Part shown: positions 23,565 to 35,650 of the stretch, piece after piece
How the letters are laid out: every line of letters begins with the position of its first letter
How positions within the stretch are numbered: the first letter of the stretch is position 1
Source of the DNA: an uncultured Gammaproteobacteria bacterium
GTDB taxonomy: Bacteria > Pseudomonadota > Gammaproteobacteria > Natronospirales > JAIVGZ01
NCBI GenBank assembly: GCA_964552205.1
Contig: CAZKFT010000006.1
Location: 7,612 to 71,611 of the forward strand
Length of the DNA: 64,000 nt
Direction: 5' to 3'
Notes under the pieces: generated by a model
Databases searched by the model: none
The model's input: the letters and a program-made list of their open reading frames with translations, nothing else
What the model was told of the DNA's origin: nothing
Made by a program: the position numbers and the translations under genes

Positions 23565-24620
23565 ATGCGTATCGGTGTTCCCCGCGAAGTCAAACCGCTC
23601 GAAGGACGCGTCGGCATGACGCCCGCCGCCTGTGCTGGATTGGTCCGCGAGGGCCATGAAGTGTTCATCGAGGCTGGCGCTGGCGTGAACAGCGGCTATG
23701 CGGACGACCATTACACCGCCGTGGGGGTCCAGATTGTCCCTGATCACGCGGCAGCCTACGAGGTTGCGGAGATGGTGGTGAAGGTCAAGGAGCCGGTAGC
23801 TGAGGACATCCAGTACCTGCGCAAGGACCACCTCCTGTTCTGCTACCTGCACCTCGCTGCTGAACCACACCTGACTCAGGCCCTCAAGGACATTGGTCTG
23901 ACAGCCGTTGCCTTTGAGACCGTCGAGGTCAACGGCCTGCTTCCGTTGCTTGCTCCCATGTCCGATATCGCGGGCCGGCTCTCCGTGCAGGTCGCCACGA
24001 CGTTGTTGCACCAGATCAACGGCGGCAAGGGCATCCTGCTGGGGGGAATTCCTGCTGCCAAACGGGGCAAGGTCGTCATCATCGGCGCGGGCGTGGCCGG
24101 GTTCAACGCGGCGGTTGTGGCAGCCGGGATGGGTGCTGAAGTCATCATCTTCGACATCAACCGCGATCGTCTGGTGCAGGCCCGCGCGCTGGGACCGAAC
24201 GTCACAGGCCTGTACCCGCATCCGTCGGATATCGCGGACGCCGTCCGGCAAGCAGATATTGTCATCGGCGCAGTCCTTCTGCCGGGGGCCCGTGCTCCGC
24301 ACCTGGTTACCGCCGACATGGTGCGCTCCATGGAGGCCGGCTCTGTCGTGGTGGACATCTCCGTCGACCAGGGTGGGTGTGTTGAAACCACCAAACCCAC
24401 GACCTGGGACAATCCCACCTATCTGTGGGAGGGGGTCATCCATTTCACCGTCACGCATATGCCGGGCGCGGTGCCGCGTACCGCGTCCCAGGCCTTGTCG
24501 GCAGCCATCGCTCCATACGCCTCACGCCTTGCGGCGGGTGGCTGGGAAGACTTCGCACCGCTGAAAAGCGGCATAAACGTCATGGGTGGCAAAATTGTTC
24601 ACCCGGCACTACTGGGATAA
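23565..24620 (+). CDS. ald: Alanine dehydrogenase
   Basis: MRIGVPREVKPLEGRVGMTP, KVKEP and IIGAGVAGFNAA NAD-binding motif. SD AGGAGG upstream. Confidence 0.85.
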   Translation: MRIGVPREVKPLEGRVGMTPAACAGLVREGHEVFIEAGAGVNSGYADDHYTAVGVQIVPDHAAAYEVAEMVVKVKEPVAEDIQYLRKDHLLFCYLHLAAEPHLTQALKDIGLTAVAFETVEVNGLLPLLAPMSDIAGRLSVQVATTLLHQINGGKGILLGGIPAAKRGKVVIIGAGVAGFNAAVVAAGMGAEVIIFDINRDRLVQARALGPNVTGLYPHPSDIADAVRQADIVIGAVLLPGARAPHLVTADMVRSMEAGSVVVDISVDQGGCVETTKPTTWDNPTYLWEGVIHFTVTHMPGAVPRTASQALSAAIAPYASRLAAGGWEDFAPLKSGINVMGGKIVHPALLG

Positions 24621-24629
24621 CAGGGCGTT

Positions 24630-26972
24630 TTGGCGCAGGCAACGCGAAAAAAGGAATCCACCCACGCAGCGCTGTTCGGAGCGCATCTGGGGCGTGGCCT
24701 GCGCGAGGCGTCGTTGTTCATATTCAGTGCGGCGGCACTGTATCTACTGCTGGCGCTGTTCACCTACGACGCTTCCGACCCAGGTTTCTCCCGCACTGGC
24801 ACTGATGCCGAAGTCATCAATGCTGGGGGGCCGTTTGGCGCGTGGTTTGCAGACGTATTCCTCTACCTTTTCGGATATGTAGCCTACCTGCTTCCCATCA
24901 TGCTGGCCTATGCGGGTTGGTTGGTGTTCAAGGGCAGGGACCCTGCACGTCGTCAGGACCGCGCCACACTGATTGGGCGGTTCTCCGGCTTCCTGCTCAC
25001 CCTGTTCACGGCAACCGGTTTGTCCGGGCTGCACTTTCAGGTGGCCCCTAATGCGCTGCCTGAACAGGCCGCTGGGGGCGTGCTTGGGCGTGTCACTGGT
25101 GAGCTATTTGTCAATGTGTTCAGTTTCCACGGAGGGACACTGCTTCTGTTGGCTCTGTTCCTGGGAGGCGTCACCCTGTTCACAAGCCTCTCCTGGGTTG
25201 TCCTGGTTGATACCACGGGAAGACTCACTCTCGACCTGGTGGAGCGTACTCAGAACCGGTGGCACCGCTTCTTGTCATGGTTACGGACACGACAAGCCAA
25301 ACAGGATCGGGTGTCCGCCATCAAGGTGGAAAAAGAGAAAACCGAAAAGCGAACTCCGGTGCGTATCGAGCCGGTCATAAAGGCCATCGAACCGAGCGTT
25401 CGCGCGCAAAAAGAGCGACAGGTCCCGTTGTTTGAGACCAGTGGTCCTGGCGAGCTCCCATCGCTATCGCTGCTCGACAAACCGCCGGAGCATAAAGTGG
25501 GCTTCTCAGAAGCCGCGCTTGAAGCCATGTCACGCCAAGTAGAAATGAAGCTCAAGGACTTCGGCATCGATGTCGAAGTCGTTGCGGTCCACCCAGGACC
25601 GGTCATTACGCGGTTTGAGTTACAGCCCGCCGCAGGAGTGAAGGTCAGTCAGATATCCAACCTTGCGAAGGACTTGGCGCGCTCGCTCGCCGCTATCAGC
25701 GTGCGTGTGGTCGAGGTCATTCCTGGAAAGCCGACAGTCGGCCTCGAGCTTCCAAATGAAAGTCGGGAATTGGTGACTCTGAGTGAGATTCTGAATTCGA
25801 AGGAATACGACGCGGAGGGTTCATCGCTCACGCTCGCGCTCGGTAAGGACATCAGCGGGTATCCAGTAGTGGCCGACCTAGGGAGGATGCCGCACCTTCT
25901 GGTCGCAGGCACAACGGGTTCTGGCAAGTCCGTGGCCATCAATGCCATGGTGTTGAGCCTTCTGTACAAGGCGACGCCAGAACAGGTCCGGCTCATCATG
26001 ATTGACCCGAAGATGCTGGAGCTGAGCGTCTATGAGGGGATTCCACACCTGCTTGCGCCGGTGGTCACGGACATGAAGCAGGCTGCGAACGCCCTGCGCT
26101 GGGCGGTCGCGGAAATGGACCGCCGCTACCAGCTCATGTCGGCGCTGGGTGTTCGGAACATCTCGGGCTTCAACCGCAAACTGAAGGATGCTGCCGCCAA
26201 GGGCGAGCCGATTCGCGACCCGCTCTTCAAAGTGCCTCCGCCATTCGGTCTTGAGGATGACGAGCCACTTCCAGAGGCCCCGGAACTTGAACCATTGCCG
26301 TTCATCGTGGTCATAGTGGACGAGCTTGCAGACATGATGATGGTGGTTGGGAAGAAGGTCGAGGAGTTGATTGCACGGTTGGCCCAGAAAGCACGTGCCT
26401 CCGGAATCCACCTTATCCTCGCAACCCAGCGGCCATCGGTGGATGTCATCACAGGCCTGATCAAGGCCAACATCCCAACACGAATCGCCTTCCAGGTGTC
26501 ATCGCGAATTGATTCGCGGACCATCCTGGACCAGCAGGGCGCAGAGCAGCTACTTGGCCATGGCGACATGCTATACCTGCCGCCAGGCACTGGTTTACCG
26601 CAACGCGTTCACGGGGCGTTCGTGTCGGATGCCGAAGTCCATCGCGTAGCGAACGACTTGCGTAAGCAGGGCGAGCCTTCGTACCTAGACGAGATACTTG
26701 ATGGACCGTCTGGCAACGGAAGTGGAAGTGCTGACGCGATGTTGTACGGTGGCGATGACGAGGCAGGAGAGCAGGACGCCCTATACGATCAGGCGGTCAG
26801 AATAGTGACGGAGACGCGCAAAGCATCGATTTCAGGCGTACAGCGCAGGCTCAAGATTGGTTACAACCGCGCGGCGCGAATGATTGAGGAAATGGAAGCG
26901 ACAGGTGTGGTAGGCCCGCTGCAATCGAACGGCACCCGCGAGGTACTGGCGCCGCCCCCACCCAAGGACTGA
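24630..26972 (+). CDS. ftsK: DNA translocase FtsK
   Basis: N-terminal TM segments, linker, motor domain with Walker A GTTGSGKS, and a C-terminal gamma (winged-helix) domain. TTG start. Confidence 0.9.
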   Translation: MAQATRKKESTHAALFGAHLGRGLREASLFIFSAAALYLLLALFTYDASDPGFSRTGTDAEVINAGGPFGAWFADVFLYLFGYVAYLLPIMLAYAGWLVFKGRDPARRQDRATLIGRFSGFLLTLFTATGLSGLHFQVAPNALPEQAAGGVLGRVTGELFVNVFSFHGGTLLLLALFLGGVTLFTSLSWVVLVDTTGRLTLDLVERTQNRWHRFLSWLRTRQAKQDRVSAIKVEKEKTEKRTPVRIEPVIKAIEPSVRAQKERQVPLFETSGPGELPSLSLLDKPPEHKVGFSEAALEAMSRQVEMKLKDFGIDVEVVAVHPGPVITRFELQPAAGVKVSQISNLAKDLARSLAAISVRVVEVIPGKPTVGLELPNESRELVTLSEILNSKEYDAEGSSLTLALGKDISGYPVVADLGRMPHLLVAGTTGSGKSVAINAMVLSLLYKATPEQVRLIMIDPKMLELSVYEGIPHLLAPVVTDMKQAANALRWAVAEMDRRYQLMSALGVRNISGFNRKLKDAAAKGEPIRDPLFKVPPPFGLEDDEPLPEAPELEPLPFIVVIVDELADMMMVVGKKVEELIARLAQKARASGIHLILATQRPSVDVITGLIKANIPTRIAFQVSSRIDSRTILDQQGAEQLLGHGDMLYLPPGTGLPQRVHGAFVSDAEVHRVANDLRKQGEPSYLDEILDGPSGNGSGSADAMLYGGDDEAGEQDALYDQAVRIVTETRKASISGVQRRLKIGYNRAARMIEEMEATGVVGPLQSNGTREVLAPPPPKD

Positions 26973-26979
26973 GGTATAC

Positions 26980-27606
26980 ATGCGCAAGCTGACCACCATT
27001 TTTGCAATTTGCGGATTGCTGATAGCGCTTCCAGCCTGCGCTGACAGTGGCGTGCAGCGTCTGAATAATTTCCTCTCTCAGGTCACAACACTGCGCGCCG
27101 ACTTCAACCAGGTGGTCATGGATGCCGATCGACGCATCATCCAGGAGGCCAGTGGCACATTGGCCGTGCTGCGGCCGGGAAGATTCCGGTGGGATTACCG
27201 CGAGCCGTTTGTGCAGGTTATCGTGGCGGATGGTGCAAGAATCTGGATGTACGACGAGGAACTCGGGCAAGTCACGGTGAGGCCCATGGACGATACGCTC
27301 GCATCCACGCCTGCCATGCTGCTGTCCGGTGGGGATGACATCCGCGCACATTCCGATGTTCGTGAACTCGGTGAGGTGGGAGGCCTGATCTGGGTTGGAC
27401 TCATACCCAAAGTTCAGGACAGCGAGTTTGAATCTGTCCGGCTTGGCTTCGATGGGGCGTTAGTGGCAGTCATGGAGCTCATCGACAATTTCGGCCAGAC
27501 CACCCGCATTGAGTTCACCCGCCAGGTAGTCAACTCGACCATCGATATTGACGTCTTCGAGTTCACGCCACCTCCGGGAACCGACATCATCGGCGACGAT
27601 GGCTGA
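26980..27606 (+). CDS. lolA: Outer-membrane lipoprotein carrier LolA
   Basis: Signal peptide plus the LolA pattern (F.Q......G.L....PG+FRW.Y..P). Follows ftsK as in E. coli. Confidence 0.85.
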   Translation: MRKLTTIFAICGLLIALPACADSGVQRLNNFLSQVTTLRADFNQVVMDADRRIIQEASGTLAVLRPGRFRWDYREPFVQVIVADGARIWMYDEELGQVTVRPMDDTLASTPAMLLSGGDDIRAHSDVRELGEVGGLIWVGLIPKVQDSEFESVRLGFDGALVAVMELIDNFGQTTRIEFTRQVVNSTIDIDVFEFTPPPGTDIIGDDG

Positions 27607-28010
27607 TGCCGGCCTGGCTATCACCTCGGCCATTGAAGTGGCGACCGCTGTGGCTGGTCATCGGATGGTTGTTGGTGGGTCTCGTGGTTTACCTGAGTCT
27701 GGCACCGCAGTTGCCTCAGGTGGATATACGAAACTTCGACAAGGTGGGTCACTTCCTAGCTTACTTTGCACTCATGAGTTGGTTTGCGTTCATTTATGCG
27801 CGTAACGCCCATCTCTGGATTGGGGTAATGCTGGTGATTATGGGAATCGCGCTGGAAATCGGACAGTACCTGACCGGTTACCGAGCATTCGAGATAGCCG
27901 ACATCGTGGTCAATACCCTGGGCGTCATGGCGGGGATGCTGTTGGCACGCACGCGGTTTGCGGGACTGCTGATCCTCTTCGAGCGGCGACTCGACGCACC
28001 TGAGGGCTGA
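27606..28010 (+). CDS. VanZ-family membrane protein
   Basis: 4 TM helices with the [12 protein letters not shown] motif typical of VanZ-like proteins. TGATG overlap with lolA. Confidence 0.7.
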   Translation: MPAWLSPRPLKWRPLWLVIGWLLVGLVVYLSLAPQLPQVDIRNFDKVGHFLAYFALMSWFAFIYARNAHLWIGVMLVIMGIALEIGQYLTGYRAFEIADIVVNTLGVMAGMLLARTRFAGLLILFERRLDAPEG

Positions 28011-28011
28011 A

Positions 28012-30545
<2,534 letters not shown>

Positions 30546-30550
30546 CTGTC

Positions 30551-30582
30551 GCGGCCCGTGGGGCCGCTCCCGCAATTTTTTA
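30551..30582 (+). terminator. Hairpin plus T-run downstream of serS (possible weak terminator or processing site)
   Basis: GCGGCCC-gtg-GGGCCGC perfect 7-bp stem (30551-30567). The T-run AATTTTTT starts 8 nt later, which is farther than in a textbook intrinsic terminator. Confidence 0.4.
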
Positions 30583-30583
30583 T

Positions 30584-30711
30584 GGAGAGGTGGCCGAGTG
30601 GTTGAAGGCACCGGTCTTGACCAGAATCGCCGGGAGCGATTCGGGACCGCCGCAGGCGGGCCTGAGCGAAGCGAAGGCGAGGCCCATGGACGGGCCGAGC
30701 AAAACCGGCAA
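30584..30711 (+). pseudogene. Partial tRNA-Ser(UGA) copy: 5' half, ~80-nt insert, then 11 nt of the 3' anticodon arm. No T-arm.
   Basis: 30584-30620 is identical (37/37) to 30728-30764 of the intact tRNA. 30701-30711 AAAACCGGCAA equals 30764-30774. The intervening sequence is unrelated, GC-rich and hairpin-forming. Confidence 0.7.
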
Positions 30712-30727
30712 GGACATATGAATTTTC

Positions 30728-30817
30728 GGAGAGGTGGCCGAGTGGTTGAAGGCACCGGTCTTGAAAACCGGCAACAGGGAGACCTGTTCGTGGGTTCGAA
30801 TCCCACCCTCTCCGCCA
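30728..30817 (+). tRNA. tRNA-Ser (anticodon UGA), 90 nt with encoded CCA
   Basis: Manual cloverleaf: GGAGAGG/CCTCTCC acceptor, 3-bp D-stem, CCGGT-CTTGAAA-ACCGG anticodon arm, long variable arm ACAGG-gaga-CCTGT, GTGGG-TTCGAAT-CCCAC T-arm, G-CCA. Confidence 0.95.
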
Positions 30818-30841
30818 CCCTAAGGATGCAGAAAGCTATGG

Positions 30842-31465
30842 GTGACTGTGACCGAAGCTGAGAGAATCCGGCGACAGGCCCTGCGCCGACTGGACGACGC
30901 GCTGCGCCGAATCCCGGTGGTCGACAAGAGTCCGGTGGCCTGTGAGGCCGGTTGTCATTACTGTTGTCACTTACGGGTCATGGTCACCCCCGTAGAAGTG
31001 TTCGGCCTGCTTGACTTCATGCAGGCCCGCTTCACTGAGGAAGAGTTCGGGGAATTCCGCCAGCGTCTGCGCAAGTCAGCAGAACGAGTGCGGCTGGTAC
31101 CCGGAGACCGGTTGCTGTCCGTGAATATCCCATGTCCTGTATTGGTGAATGGCCAGTGCAGTGCCTACGCTGCACGACCCTTCAACTGCCGGAGTTATCA
31201 CTCCCTGGATCGCGACGCCTGTCAACGGTCCTTCGAGAATCCGGAGCGGCCTGGGCAGGGTCATCCCCAATTTTCAAAGGTTGCGCGGGTCCATGAGTCC
31301 TGTCAGGCCGGGTTGCTGAAGCAAACTGCAGAAGCTGGGTACGACTCCCGCCAGTATGAGTTGGTCACCGCTCTGGAAGAGGCATTAGATGACTTGGAAG
31401 CCCGCCGTCGCTTCGAGGTCAAGGAACCAGAGGTCTTCCGCAGAGCGGTTGAAGTGATACTGTAG
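30842..31465 (+). CDS. YkgJ-family cysteine-cluster protein (CxxCxxCC putative Zn/Fe-chelating domain)
   Basis: CEAGCHYCCH and CPVLVNGQCSAYAARPFNCRSY match the PF03692-type pattern. GTG start. Confidence 0.75.
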   Translation: MTVTEAERIRRQALRRLDDALRRIPVVDKSPVACEAGCHYCCHLRVMVTPVEVFGLLDFMQARFTEEEFGEFRQRLRKSAERVRLVPGDRLLSVNIPCPVLVNGQCSAYAARPFNCRSYHSLDRDACQRSFENPERPGQGHPQFSKVARVHESCQAGLLKQTAEAGYDSRQYELVTALEEALDDLEARRRFEVKEPEVFRRAVEVIL

Positions 31466-31469
31466 GCAC

Positions 31470-32330
31470 ATGGAAGCTTTTCGCGGCTGGCTGGATATCT
31501 CCCTGCTCGACGTCGGGGAAATCAACATCACCCTGTTGGACCTCATTTGGGTGGTGCTGGTTTTCGCAATTGCCCTGATGCTGTCCTCTGTTCTGCAACG
31601 GGGTCTTGAGCGGGTGTCGCAACAATGGCCCTCCATGAACCGCGGTTCAATTTACGCGCTGGGGCGCGTCTCCCACTACGTCATCCTGCTGGTTGCCTTG
31701 ATTGTCGGCCTTGCCTCACTGGGATTCAATTTCACCAATGCCGCTCTGGTGCTTGGTGCGCTTGGCATAGGTATTGGATTTGGCCTGCAGAACATCGTTG
31801 CAAATTTCGTCTCTGGACTGATTATCCTGTTCGAACGACCGGTCAAGGTCGGGGATTTCATTGAATTCCAATCTGGCGTCGCAGGCGAAGTGCGTGAAAT
31901 CCGTATGCGAGCCGTTCGCATCACCACCAATGACAACATCGATATCCTCGTTCCAAATGTTGAATTCACCAACGGCAGAGTGGTGAATTGGACCCTGGAC
32001 GACCATACCCGACGTGTCCACGTTCCATTCGGTGTTGCCTACGGGTCAGACAAGGATCTGGTGCGAAAGGTGGTGCTGGAGGCTGTCGACGACGTGCCAC
32101 ACACACAGAAGCATGTGCCAGGCCATGACCCGCAGGTCTGGTTGGTCAATCTTGGCGACTCTGCGCTCGAATTCGAGCTGTTGGTATGGGTGACGTCCGC
32201 GGCCTTGCGCCGCCCAGGCAAGGTGAAGGCCGAGTACCTCTGGGCCATCCATACCGCACTGGTGGAGAATGGGATCAAGATTCCGTTCCCGCAACGCGAT
32301 GTCCACCTGCACGCGGTCAAGGACGATTGA
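31470..32330 (+). CDS. Small-conductance mechanosensitive channel (MscS family)
   Basis: 3 TM helices, then the MscS beta-domain pattern GLIILFERPVKVGDFIE...G.V.EI..R.....T.DN. Confidence 0.85.
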   Translation: MEAFRGWLDISLLDVGEINITLLDLIWVVLVFAIALMLSSVLQRGLERVSQQWPSMNRGSIYALGRVSHYVILLVALIVGLASLGFNFTNAALVLGALGIGIGFGLQNIVANFVSGLIILFERPVKVGDFIEFQSGVAGEVREIRMRAVRITTNDNIDILVPNVEFTNGRVVNWTLDDHTRRVHVPFGVAYGSDKDLVRKVVLEAVDDVPHTQKHVPGHDPQVWLVNLGDSALEFELLVWVTSAALRRPGKVKAEYLWAIHTALVENGIKIPFPQRDVHLHAVKDD

Positions 32331-32965
32331 GCGAGAGTTGCCGACTCTGCGGCGCCGTCGCAGTACTCTGGCTGCAAGTTCACGAGCGCTGCTATCTGGA
32401 ATGCGCGGAGTGTTACTCAGTCCAAGTCAGCGCTTTGCAGCTCCCGAACAGGGAGACTGAGCGAGCACATTACGACCTTCATCAGAATGATCCGGATGAC
32501 CCTGCATACCGAACGTTTCTCAGCCGCGTCACGGTGCCGTTGTTGTCCTTACTGATGCCCGGTAGTCGCGGATTGGATTATGGCTGTGGTCCGGGGCCGG
32601 CGCTCGCAGCCATGTTGACGGAAGCTGGTCATCAGGTATCGCTGTTCGACCCAATCTATGAACCGGATCCTTCGGTGCTTGAGGATGCGCGCTATGATTT
32701 CATCACATGCACGGAGGTGGCGGAGCACTTCCATTCACCTGGCGCAGAGTTCGAACGACTGGCGTCCATGCTGACCAGTGGGGGAGTGTTGGCAGTCATG
32801 ACCGCTTTCAATCCCGGGCGGGAGGCATTCGAGTCGTGGCATTACCCGCGCGACCCGACGCATGTCATGTTCTATAAGGAGGAAACCTTCCATTGGCTCT
32901 CTCAACACCTGGGGCTGGCGGTCGAATTCCCAGGGCGCGATGTGGTCATGCTCACTGCTTCCTAG
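32327..32965 (+). CDS. Class I SAM-dependent methyltransferase with an N-terminal Cys4 zinc-ribbon
   Basis: CRLCG...CAEC ribbon. SAM motif I LDYGCGPG. Start uncertain: in-frame TTG 32327 overlaps the mscS stop, and the track ORF 32186.. runs inside mscS. Confidence 0.7.
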   Translation: MSESCRLCGAVAVLWLQVHERCYLECAECYSVQVSALQLPNRETERAHYDLHQNDPDDPAYRTFLSRVTVPLLSLLMPGSRGLDYGCGPGPALAAMLTEAGHQVSLFDPIYEPDPSVLEDARYDFITCTEVAEHFHSPGAEFERLASMLTSGGVLAVMTAFNPGREAFESWHYPRDPTHVMFYKEETFHWLSQHLGLAVEFPGRDVVMLTAS

Positions 32966-34452
32966 AACGGGAGCATCCAGTTTCCGAACACACGTATGAC
33001 CACTGCGATGAGGATAATCGCCATCACATTGAGGCCCAATCCCGCCCGCATCATCTGTCCTATGCTCACCATACCGGAGGCGAAGACGATGGCGTTGGGT
33101 GGTGTCGCCACCGGGAGCATGAATGCACAGGTCGCTGCGAGCGCAGCCGCGAACAGAACCGGCATGGGGTCGATGCCGATGCCGATGGCAACGGCCGCCA
33201 ACACCGGAATGAATGTGTTCGCTGTAGCCGTATTGCTTGAAAGCTCAGTGAGGAAGATGACCATGGTTGTAGCAGCAAGCAGCACCCAAATCGTCTTGAC
33301 GCCCTCCATCCCGCTGAATGCCTGAGCCAGCCAAGTATCGACACCATTCGCGCTGATTGCCGCAGCCAGGCTGAGTCCGCCGCCGAAAAGCAACAGGATT
33401 CCCCACGGCAACTTCACTGCCGTCTCCCAGTCCAGCGCAAATACTCGCTTGCGCCAATCAACTGGAAGCAAAAACAGGGCCATTGCTCCCATCATGGCAA
33501 TGATCGCATCAGACAGGGCATGCATACCCGTCAGCGCTGCAATCTGCGGACGGAAAATCCACGCCAGGGCGGTGCATAGAAAAACCACCAGTACCGTCCG
33601 CTCACCTTGATGCATGGCACCGAGCGTGGAAAGCTCGGTGCGGATTTCGCTCACTGCTGCCTGCGGGACGACCAGGCGCAGGGGGAAAACGATGCGTGTC
33701 AGATACAGCCAGGTCAGCGGCAGAAACAACGCGACCAAGGGCAGACCGACCTTCATCCATGCCAACATGGTGATTTCCTGGCCCAACGCATTCGCCGCGT
33801 AATTGGCCAGTATCAGGTTGGGTGGTGAGCCGATGAGCGTTCCCAGACCGCCAATGGATGCCCCATACGCGATACCGAGCATCAGGCAGGTGCCGAAATT
33901 TGCCAAGGCTCGCGTGGACTGCTCGTCGTTTTCCGGCAGATGTCTGCGCAAAAGCTCTATGACACTGATTCCGACTGGGAGCAGCATCACGGTTGCTGCG
34001 GTGTTGGAAATCCACATGCTCAATGCCGCGGTGGCAAGCATGAAGCCCGCGACGAGGTGGGTCGGTGTGGTACCTACCAAGCGCACGATGGACAGCGCGA
34101 TACGCCTGTGCAGGTTCCAGCGTTGCATCGCCAGCCCGATCATGAATCCTCCCATGAACAGGAACACGATTTCTGACGCGTAGGGTCTCAACGCCTGGGC
34201 CGCGGGTAGTGCTCCCGACAGCGGGAACAGGATGACAGGAAGGAGTGAGGTCGCCGGCAAGGGAATGGCCTCCGTCATCCACCAAGTGGCCATCCATACC
34301 CCGATGGCCGCGGTGGCCCGCCCGGGGTGAGAAAGGCCTCCGACATCGGAATCAGGGAGCACGACGTAGACCAGAACGGCAAGGAGGGGGCCGCTGATGA
34401 ATCCGGCCCAGGCGACACGGTCCTTGATTGGCATGGAACAAAAATGACACAT
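32962..34452 (-). CDS. DASS/SLC13-family anion:sodium symporter
   Basis: ~490 aa polytopic protein with the duplicated SNTAT/SNTA-type hairpin motifs (ISNTAATVMLLP, SSNTATANTFIP). Start is 34452 or ATG 34434. Confidence 0.85.
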   Translation of the reverse strand: MCHFCSMPIKDRVAWAGFISGPLLAVLVYVVLPDSDVGGLSHPGRATAAIGVWMATWWMTEAIPLPATSLLPVILFPLSGALPAAQALRPYASEIVFLFMGGFMIGLAMQRWNLHRRIALSIVRLVGTTPTHLVAGFMLATAALSMWISNTAATVMLLPVGISVIELLRRHLPENDEQSTRALANFGTCLMLGIAYGASIGGLGTLIGSPPNLILANYAANALGQEITMLAWMKVGLPLVALFLPLTWLYLTRIVFPLRLVVPQAAVSEIRTELSTLGAMHQGERTVLVVFLCTALAWIFRPQIAALTGMHALSDAIIAMMGAMALFLLPVDWRKRVFALDWETAVKLPWGILLLFGGGLSLAAAISANGVDTWLAQAFSGMEGVKTIWVLLAATTMVIFLTELSSNTATANTFIPVLAAVAIGIGIDPMPVLFAAALAATCAFMLPVATPPNAIVFASGMVSIGQMMRAGLGLNVMAIILIAVVIRVFGNWMLPF

Positions 34453-34492
34453 GAGCGCTCACGGGACAATCGTTCGGAGTGAGAATCGTCAA

Positions 34493-35629
34493 ATGAGCAA
34501 GCGCATTCTGGTGGTGGCATTGCTGATTGCCAGCGCAGGCGAGGTCGCCGCGGACTGGCGTCGCGACGTCTTCGATCTGGCCCTGGCAGGCGATGGGTTG
34601 GCGGCAGAGCTGGCTGAACGCGAACGCGCTCCGTGGATTGCGCCACACCTTGCCCAGGCCGTACCGGTCCCCACCCGCTATGTTGGCTGGGTCGCGCTCA
34701 AGGAGGCCTATGTTGTCTACCGCCTTCACCCTCGAACAGAGGTCCGGGTCATCACTCGTCCCCCAGATACTGAGGAGGTAGTGGCGCAGGTACGTGCGGA
34801 GCTTTCGGCCGGTCACACGCCTGACACCCGCCGCTTGTTTGAAATCTGGATTGCGCCAATCTCTGACTGGCTGGATCAGTCGGAGGCGCCTTGGATATTC
34901 TCTCTGGATGGAGACCTGGAGGAGGTCCCACTGCCCCTGGTGACCGGCAGTGCGCTCATTCATGCTGCATCGGCGCGCAGTGCGGCACTGGCGCAATACC
35001 GTGCAGCCCAGAGTCGCCGACGTCCAAAGTCGCTTTTCGCTTTTGCAAGGACGGCCATCAATGATCCCGAAGCGCTACCAGCAGCACATGCAGAAATTGC
35101 GCTCGCTGCGGCGGCGCTTGGCGGGCCCGCAACACTCCTGCATGGCGCGGGTGCGCTTGATGAGTTGAAACGCGCCGCCCATGACGGTCGTCTGGCCGAC
35201 GCCCGCTTTGTCTTGTTCGCGGCCCATGCCGCCCCGGATCCGGTTAGGCCTCAGTTGCTGGCGCTACAGCTCGCCCCGGGAGAAGATGGCCGCTATGTCG
35301 CGGCGGATACCCTGCATCTCCAGTTCAAGGCTGAGCTGGTGGTCTTGTCGGCGTGTGAGACTGCCCTGCCGGGAGCAGGCCCTACCATCGTGTCGGGCTT
35401 CGCCCAAGCGGCGCTGTTCGCGGGTGTGGGGTACACCTTGCTCACCCAGTGGCGGGTAGATGACGCCGCGAGTGCCCAATTCGTTGCCGCGCTGTTTTCC
35501 GAGCTTGCCAACGGGTCTGAGGTCGTAGACGCCCTGGACCGGGTCCAGAAAGCCTTTCGCGACGGGGCCCACGGGGATCGCTACCGAGCGCCGTATTTCT
35601 GGGCGGCTTGGCAACTGTGGGGCGGCTGA
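34493..35629 (+). CDS. CHAT-domain (caspase-like, clan CD) protein with an N-terminal signal peptide
   Basis: MSKRILVVALLIASAGEVAA signal-like start (SD GGAG upstream). C-terminal CHAT pattern: FVLFAAHA (His), LVVLSACET (Cys), YFWAAWQLWG end. Confidence 0.75.
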   Translation: MSKRILVVALLIASAGEVAADWRRDVFDLALAGDGLAAELAERERAPWIAPHLAQAVPVPTRYVGWVALKEAYVVYRLHPRTEVRVITRPPDTEEVVAQVRAELSAGHTPDTRRLFEIWIAPISDWLDQSEAPWIFSLDGDLEEVPLPLVTGSALIHAASARSAALAQYRAAQSRRRPKSLFAFARTAINDPEALPAAHAEIALAAAALGGPATLLHGAGALDELKRAAHDGRLADARFVLFAAHAAPDPVRPQLLALQLAPGEDGRYVAADTLHLQFKAELVVLSACETALPGAGPTIVSGFAQAALFAGVGYTLLTQWRVDDAASAQFVAALFSELANGSEVVDALDRVQKAFRDGAHGDRYRAPYFWAAWQLWGG

Positions 35630-35637
35630 CATCCCCG

Positions 35638-35643
35638 TATAAT
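35638..35643 (+). promoter_or_regulatory. Consensus -10 hexamer TATAAT, 7 nt upstream of the ATG at 35651
   Basis: Perfect TATAAT. No SD before the ATG. No convincing -35 (TTGGCA lies 24 nt upstream, too far). Confidence 0.3.
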
Positions 35644-35650
35644 CCCTCGC

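Noticed and set aside
24630-27000. A dif/XerCD site or other AT-rich recombination site near ftsK.
   Set aside because: I found no ~28-bp AT-rich imperfect palindrome by eye. ftsK location does not predict dif location.
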